A stretch of 64,000 nucleotides of DNA from Candidatus Kaelpia aquatica (lineage in GTDB: Bacteria; Omnitrophota; Gorgyraeia; Kaelpiales; Kaelpiaceae). The first letter of the stretch is position 1. Each line of letters begins with the position of its first letter. Below, piece by piece: positions 60,444 to 64,000 of the stretch. Made by a program: the position numbers and the translations under genes. The stretch covers positions 456-64,455 of the forward strand of contig JAVCCU010000001.1 in NCBI GenBank assembly GCA_030765335.1, in the 5' to 3' direction. The notes below the pieces were generated by a model that was given only the letters and a program-made list of their open reading frames with translations, was not told where the DNA came from and made no database searches.

Positions 60444-63257
60444 ATGAATAAAAATAAACCTTTTGATAAAATTCTTGTTTTTGGGGCCAAAATGCATAAC
60501 CTCAAAAACATAGATCTCTCTTTACCGCGGAACTCTTTTATTGTTTTTACAGGTTTAAGTGGGTCTGGAAAATCATCGCTTGCCTTTGATACTATTTATG
60601 CGGAGGGACAAAGAAAGTTTGTTGAGAGTTTAACTGCTTATGCCAGGCAGTTTTTAGAACAGCTTAGTAAGCCGGATGTTGATAAAATAGAAGGCCTCTC
60701 TCCCACGATCTCCATTGAACAGAAAACTGCCAGAGGTAATCCGCGCTCTACTGTCGGAACCCAGACAGAGATCTCTGATTATCTCAGGCTTCTCTTTGCC
60801 CGGGTCGGCGACGTGCATTGTTATAAATGCGAACGGTTAATCCAGCAGCAGAGCGCTCAGGAGATAATAGAGAAGGTACTCTCCTTAGAAGCTGGTGGAA
60901 TGTTAAAACTTTTTGCTCCACTCATTAGAGGTAGAAAAGGAGAGCATGCCGAACTCTTTAAAAAACTAAAGAGAGAAGGGTTTATCAAGGTTAAAATTGA
61001 TAATATTCTTTACGATTTAGAAAATCTGCCTCGGCTAGAGAAGAATAAAAAACATATCATAGAACTATTAATAGACAGGTTTACTCTTAGCGTAGGCAAT
61101 AGAGAGAGGTTAATAGATTCTGTTGAGCTGACTTTAGGATATGGAGGAGGGTTATGTTCGGTAGAATATAACCTGGGAAGGAAAAAAAAGAAAGAGCTCT
61201 TTAATCAACACTTTGTCTGTACCAAATGTAATATAAGCTATGAAGAAGTAGAGCCCAGGAACTTCTCTTTCAACAGCCCTTATGGGGCCTGCAGCACCTG
61301 CTTAGGACTAGGTACTAAATTGGAGATTGATCTTGACCTGGTAGTGCCAGATAAGAACAGAAGCATTTTGGATGGAGCTATTGAGCCTTGGCGAAAAGGT
61401 GGTCGGGGCTACATGTTATATTATAGAAGATTGCTGCATGGATTAGCGGAACATTATAGATTTAGTTTAGAAGTTCCTTTTAAAAAATTATCCAAGAGAA
61501 TCCAAAACATTATTCTTTACGGCAGCGAAGAGTATATTCATGATAGGAGATATGAAGGGGCTATACCCCTCATAGAGAGGCTGTTTAATACAACGGAGAG
61601 CCCTTACTTAAAAGAAGAGCTTTCTAAATATTTAAGTAGCTTGCCCTGCCCGGATTGCGGTGGTAAGAGATTAAAAAAAGAGAGTTTGGCTGTAAAAATA
61701 GGCGGCCTCTCCATATCTGACCTCTCAGATCTTTCCGTTAAGAATGCTATAGTTTTCTTTTCAGAGATAAGGTTTGGTTCTATGAAGACCAAGATATCTC
61801 AAGGTATCATTAGAGAGATTCTAAGGAGACTATATTATTTAAGCGATGTTGGGCTGGACTATCTTACGATTAACAGGCGGAGCAATACACTCTCAGGAGG
61901 TGAATCTCAGAGAATAAGGCTGGCTACTCAGATAGGATCAGGATTGGTCGGGGTTAGCTATATTCTTGATGAACCCACAATAGGGCTGCACCCCTATGAT
62001 ACCGGCAGACTCTTAAAAATATTACATAAGCTTAGGGATATAGGTAATACCGTGATTGTTGTAGAGCATGATGAGCAGATAATCAAGAGTTCTGATTATA
62101 TAGTTGACCTTGGGCCGGGTGCTGGCAAGAGCGGTGGCGAGGTTGTTTACCAGGGGAATTTTAAAGGCCTTCTTAGATCTAAAAAATCTTTAACTGGAAA
62201 ATATTTAAGCGGAAATTTACAGATTGAGATTCCTCAGAAAAGAAGAAATTATAAAGATAGGCCTGCTATCAAAATTATAGCTGCAGAAGAGCATAACCTA
62301 AAGAGCATAGATATTAAGATATTTTTAGGTCTCTTTGTCTGTGTTAGCGGGGTCTCTGGTTCTGGTAAGAGCACTCTTGTTAATGAGATACTCTACAGGG
62401 CTGTGAGCCGCAAGCTTTACCGAAGCAGATTAAAGCCGGGTAAACATAAAGCAATAGAAGGTTTAAATAATATTGATAAAGTTATCGTTGTCGATCAGTC
62501 GCCCATAGGGCGTACGCCCCGTTCTAATCCGGCAACCTACACAGGGTTATTTGCTCCGATAAGAGAGTTCTTTGCTCTCTTGCCAGAATCAAAGATCAGA
62601 GGCTATAAGCCGGGCAGATTTAGTTTTAATGTTAAAGGCGGCCGCTGCGAAGCTTGCAGGGGAGATGGCGTAAAAAAAATAGAGATGCATTTTTTACCAG
62701 AGATATATGTTCCTTGCGGCCTATGTAAGGGCAGTAGATATAATGAACAGACTCTGGATGTAAAATATAAAGGAAAGAATATTGCAGAGATATTAGATTT
62801 AACCGTTGAAGAGGCTATAGAGCTCTTTAAAGATATTCCTAAAGTGTATTTGAAATTAAATCTCTTAAAAGATGTCGGCCTTGGCTATATTCATCTTGGT
62901 CAACCCGCTACTACATTATCTGGAGGAGAAGCACAAAGGATAAAATTAAGCACAGAGCTCTCTAAGCGCGGAACTGGCAAAACGCTCTATATTCTGGATG
63001 AGCCTACTACGGGCTTGCATTTCTCTGATATTGAAAAACTTTTAACTGTGTTACAGAGATTGGTTGATAAGGGTAATACAGTGCTCGTAATAGAACACAA
63101 TTTAGATGTGATAAAATCTGCAGATTATATTATTGACCTAGGTCCGGGAGGAGGAGATGATGGAGGCAATGTTATTACAACAGGAAGCCCGGAAGAGGTT
63201 GCAAAATGCGGAAGATCCCGAACAGGATTATTTTTAAAAGAGATATTGAGAAGATAA
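60444..63257 (+). CDS. uvrA: Excinuclease ABC subunit A
   Basis: Motifs GLSGSGKSSLAFDTIYAEGQR, zinc fingers, LSGGESQRIRLA, GVSGSGKS and LSGGEAQR. Confidence 0.99.
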   Translation: MNKNKPFDKILVFGAKMHNLKNIDLSLPRNSFIVFTGLSGSGKSSLAFDTIYAEGQRKFVESLTAYARQFLEQLSKPDVDKIEGLSPTISIEQKTARGNPRSTVGTQTEISDYLRLLFARVGDVHCYKCERLIQQQSAQEIIEKVLSLEAGGMLKLFAPLIRGRKGEHAELFKKLKREGFIKVKIDNILYDLENLPRLEKNKKHIIELLIDRFTLSVGNRERLIDSVELTLGYGGGLCSVEYNLGRKKKKELFNQHFVCTKCNISYEEVEPRNFSFNSPYGACSTCLGLGTKLEIDLDLVVPDKNRSILDGAIEPWRKGGRGYMLYYRRLLHGLAEHYRFSLEVPFKKLSKRIQNIILYGSEEYIHDRRYEGAIPLIERLFNTTESPYLKEELSKYLSSLPCPDCGGKRLKKESLAVKIGGLSISDLSDLSVKNAIVFFSEIRFGSMKTKISQGIIREILRRLYYLSDVGLDYLTINRRSNTLSGGESQRIRLATQIGSGLVGVSYILDEPTIGLHPYDTGRLLKILHKLRDIGNTVIVVEHDEQIIKSSDYIVDLGPGAGKSGGEVVYQGNFKGLLRSKKSLTGKYLSGNLQIEIPQKRRNYKDRPAIKIIAAEEHNLKSIDIKIFLGLFVCVSGVSGSGKSTLVNEILYRAVSRKLYRSRLKPGKHKAIEGLNNIDKVIVVDQSPIGRTPRSNPATYTGLFAPIREFFALLPESKIRGYKPGRFSFNVKGGRCEACRGDGVKKIEMHFLPEIYVPCGLCKGSRYNEQTLDVKYKGKNIAEILDLTVEEAIELFKDIPKVYLKLNLLKDVGLGYIHLGQPATTLSGGEAQRIKLSTELSKRGTGKTLYILDEPTTGLHFSDIEKLLTVLQRLVDKGNTVLVIEHNLDVIKSADYIIDLGPGGGDDGGNVITTGSPEEVAKCGRSRTGLFLKEILRR

Positions 63258-63310
63258 ATTCGGGATGTTATGATAAGCCGTAAGAGTTGTTTTAGCTATT
63301 AATTTATAAA

Positions 63311-64000
63311 ATGAAAAAAATACTCTATTCTCTAGTCCTTGTTTTTATTATATCCTCTTTTTGGTCTTTTGCTTTTGCAGGAGAGGGAGAGGACTATTCT
63401 GCCATTAAGCAGAGTTTTAGCGATAACTTCTACAGTCTCACTTTAAACGGTTGTAATGCTTTTTTAAAAAAATATCCCAATTCCGATTTTAAGGAAGATA
63501 TCTCTTTAATCAAGGGTTTAGCCTTGTTCTATCTTAAAGAGTATTCTCAGGCCGTTGTAATCTTTGAAGCTATTTTAGATTCAAAAGATGTTAGGATAAG
63601 GCAGGAGGCTATCTTCTATCTTGGTAAACTCTATGCTTTAAGTATGGAGCATGATAAGGCTGTGAAGCTTTTGACTCAGCTTTTTGAATTAGATGAAGAT
63701 ATTGCTTTGAGCGGTTTAGCCGGCCATGAACTAGGGTTGATTTACTTTAATAAAAGGGACTATAGTAAGGCTGTTGAGTACTGGGAAGAGGTTTTGAAAA
63801 GACTGGTTATACCTGAAGATATAAAAGCAGAGCTGGTCCATAATTTAGTTCAAGCATACATTAAGACTGAAGACCTAGATAAAGCTAAAACAGCTATTGA
63901 AGATAGTATAGATAGAAATACGGCGGAGTATCATTTTTTGAAAGGCAAGGTAGGCTATTTGAGCAAAGAGTACTTATCTAGCCTCGATAAATTTGATCAA
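63311..64000 (+). CDS. Secreted tetratricopeptide-repeat protein (partial, runs off window)
   Basis: Not in the ORF track. My translation: MKKILYSLVLVFIISSFWSFAFA...FLKKYPNS...GLALFYLKEYSQA...AIFYLGKLY...LGLIYFNKRDYSKAVEYW. Confidence 0.85.
   Translation, partial: MKKILYSLVLVFIISSFWSFAFAGEGEDYSAIKQSFSDNFYSLTLNGCNAFLKKYPNSDFKEDISLIKGLALFYLKEYSQAVVIFEAILDSKDVRIRQEAIFYLGKLYALSMEHDKAVKLLTQLFELDEDIALSGLAGHELGLIYFNKRDYSKAVEYWEEVLKRLVIPEDIKAELVHNLVQAYIKTEDLDKAKTAIEDSIDRNTAEYHFLKGKVGYLSKEYLSSLDKFDQ

Overview
AT-rich bacterial chromosome segment spanning the replication origin. Genes left of about 37.6 kb are on the minus strand and those to the right are almost all on the plus strand. oriC (DnaA boxes plus TAG DnaA-trios) lies between dnaA and dnaN. 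Gene content suggests a diderm uncultured lineage, possibly Omnitrophota/PVC-like (inference only). The right half and 27-37 kb are housekeeping: glmS, gyrAB, dciA, dnaN, dnaA, rpmH-rnpA-yidD-yidC-parAB-ndk-yicC-remA-gmk-rpoZ-coaC-coaB, 4 tRNAs, thrS-infC-rpmI-rplT-ktrBA-pheST-rarA and uvrA. The unusual part is 6.3-27 kb. It holds a GH144-type beta-1,2-glucanase, three related CBM11-like modules, a ROK regulator and an orphan sugar-binding lipoprotein, all surrounding a five-gene envelope-spanning cluster. That cluster has a TolC with extra N- and C-terminal domains, an MFP, two RND pumps (one fused to a C-terminal winged HTH) and a membrane-anchored coiled-coil protein that shares the TolC C-terminal domain. 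An 11-bp motif, ATGATACGGTT, forms two dense mixed-orientation clusters: one on the promoter/5' end of that tolC (7 copies) and one inside yidC next to oriC (6 copies). This suggests a DNA-binding system linking the pump to origin-proximal DNA. Also noted: a variant parS paired with a ParB that lacks the canonical specificity Arg, tandem DnaA boxes inside genes, apparent leaderless transcripts including dnaA, and a 6S RNA candidate. All calls come from reading the sequence by eye; no database searches were run.
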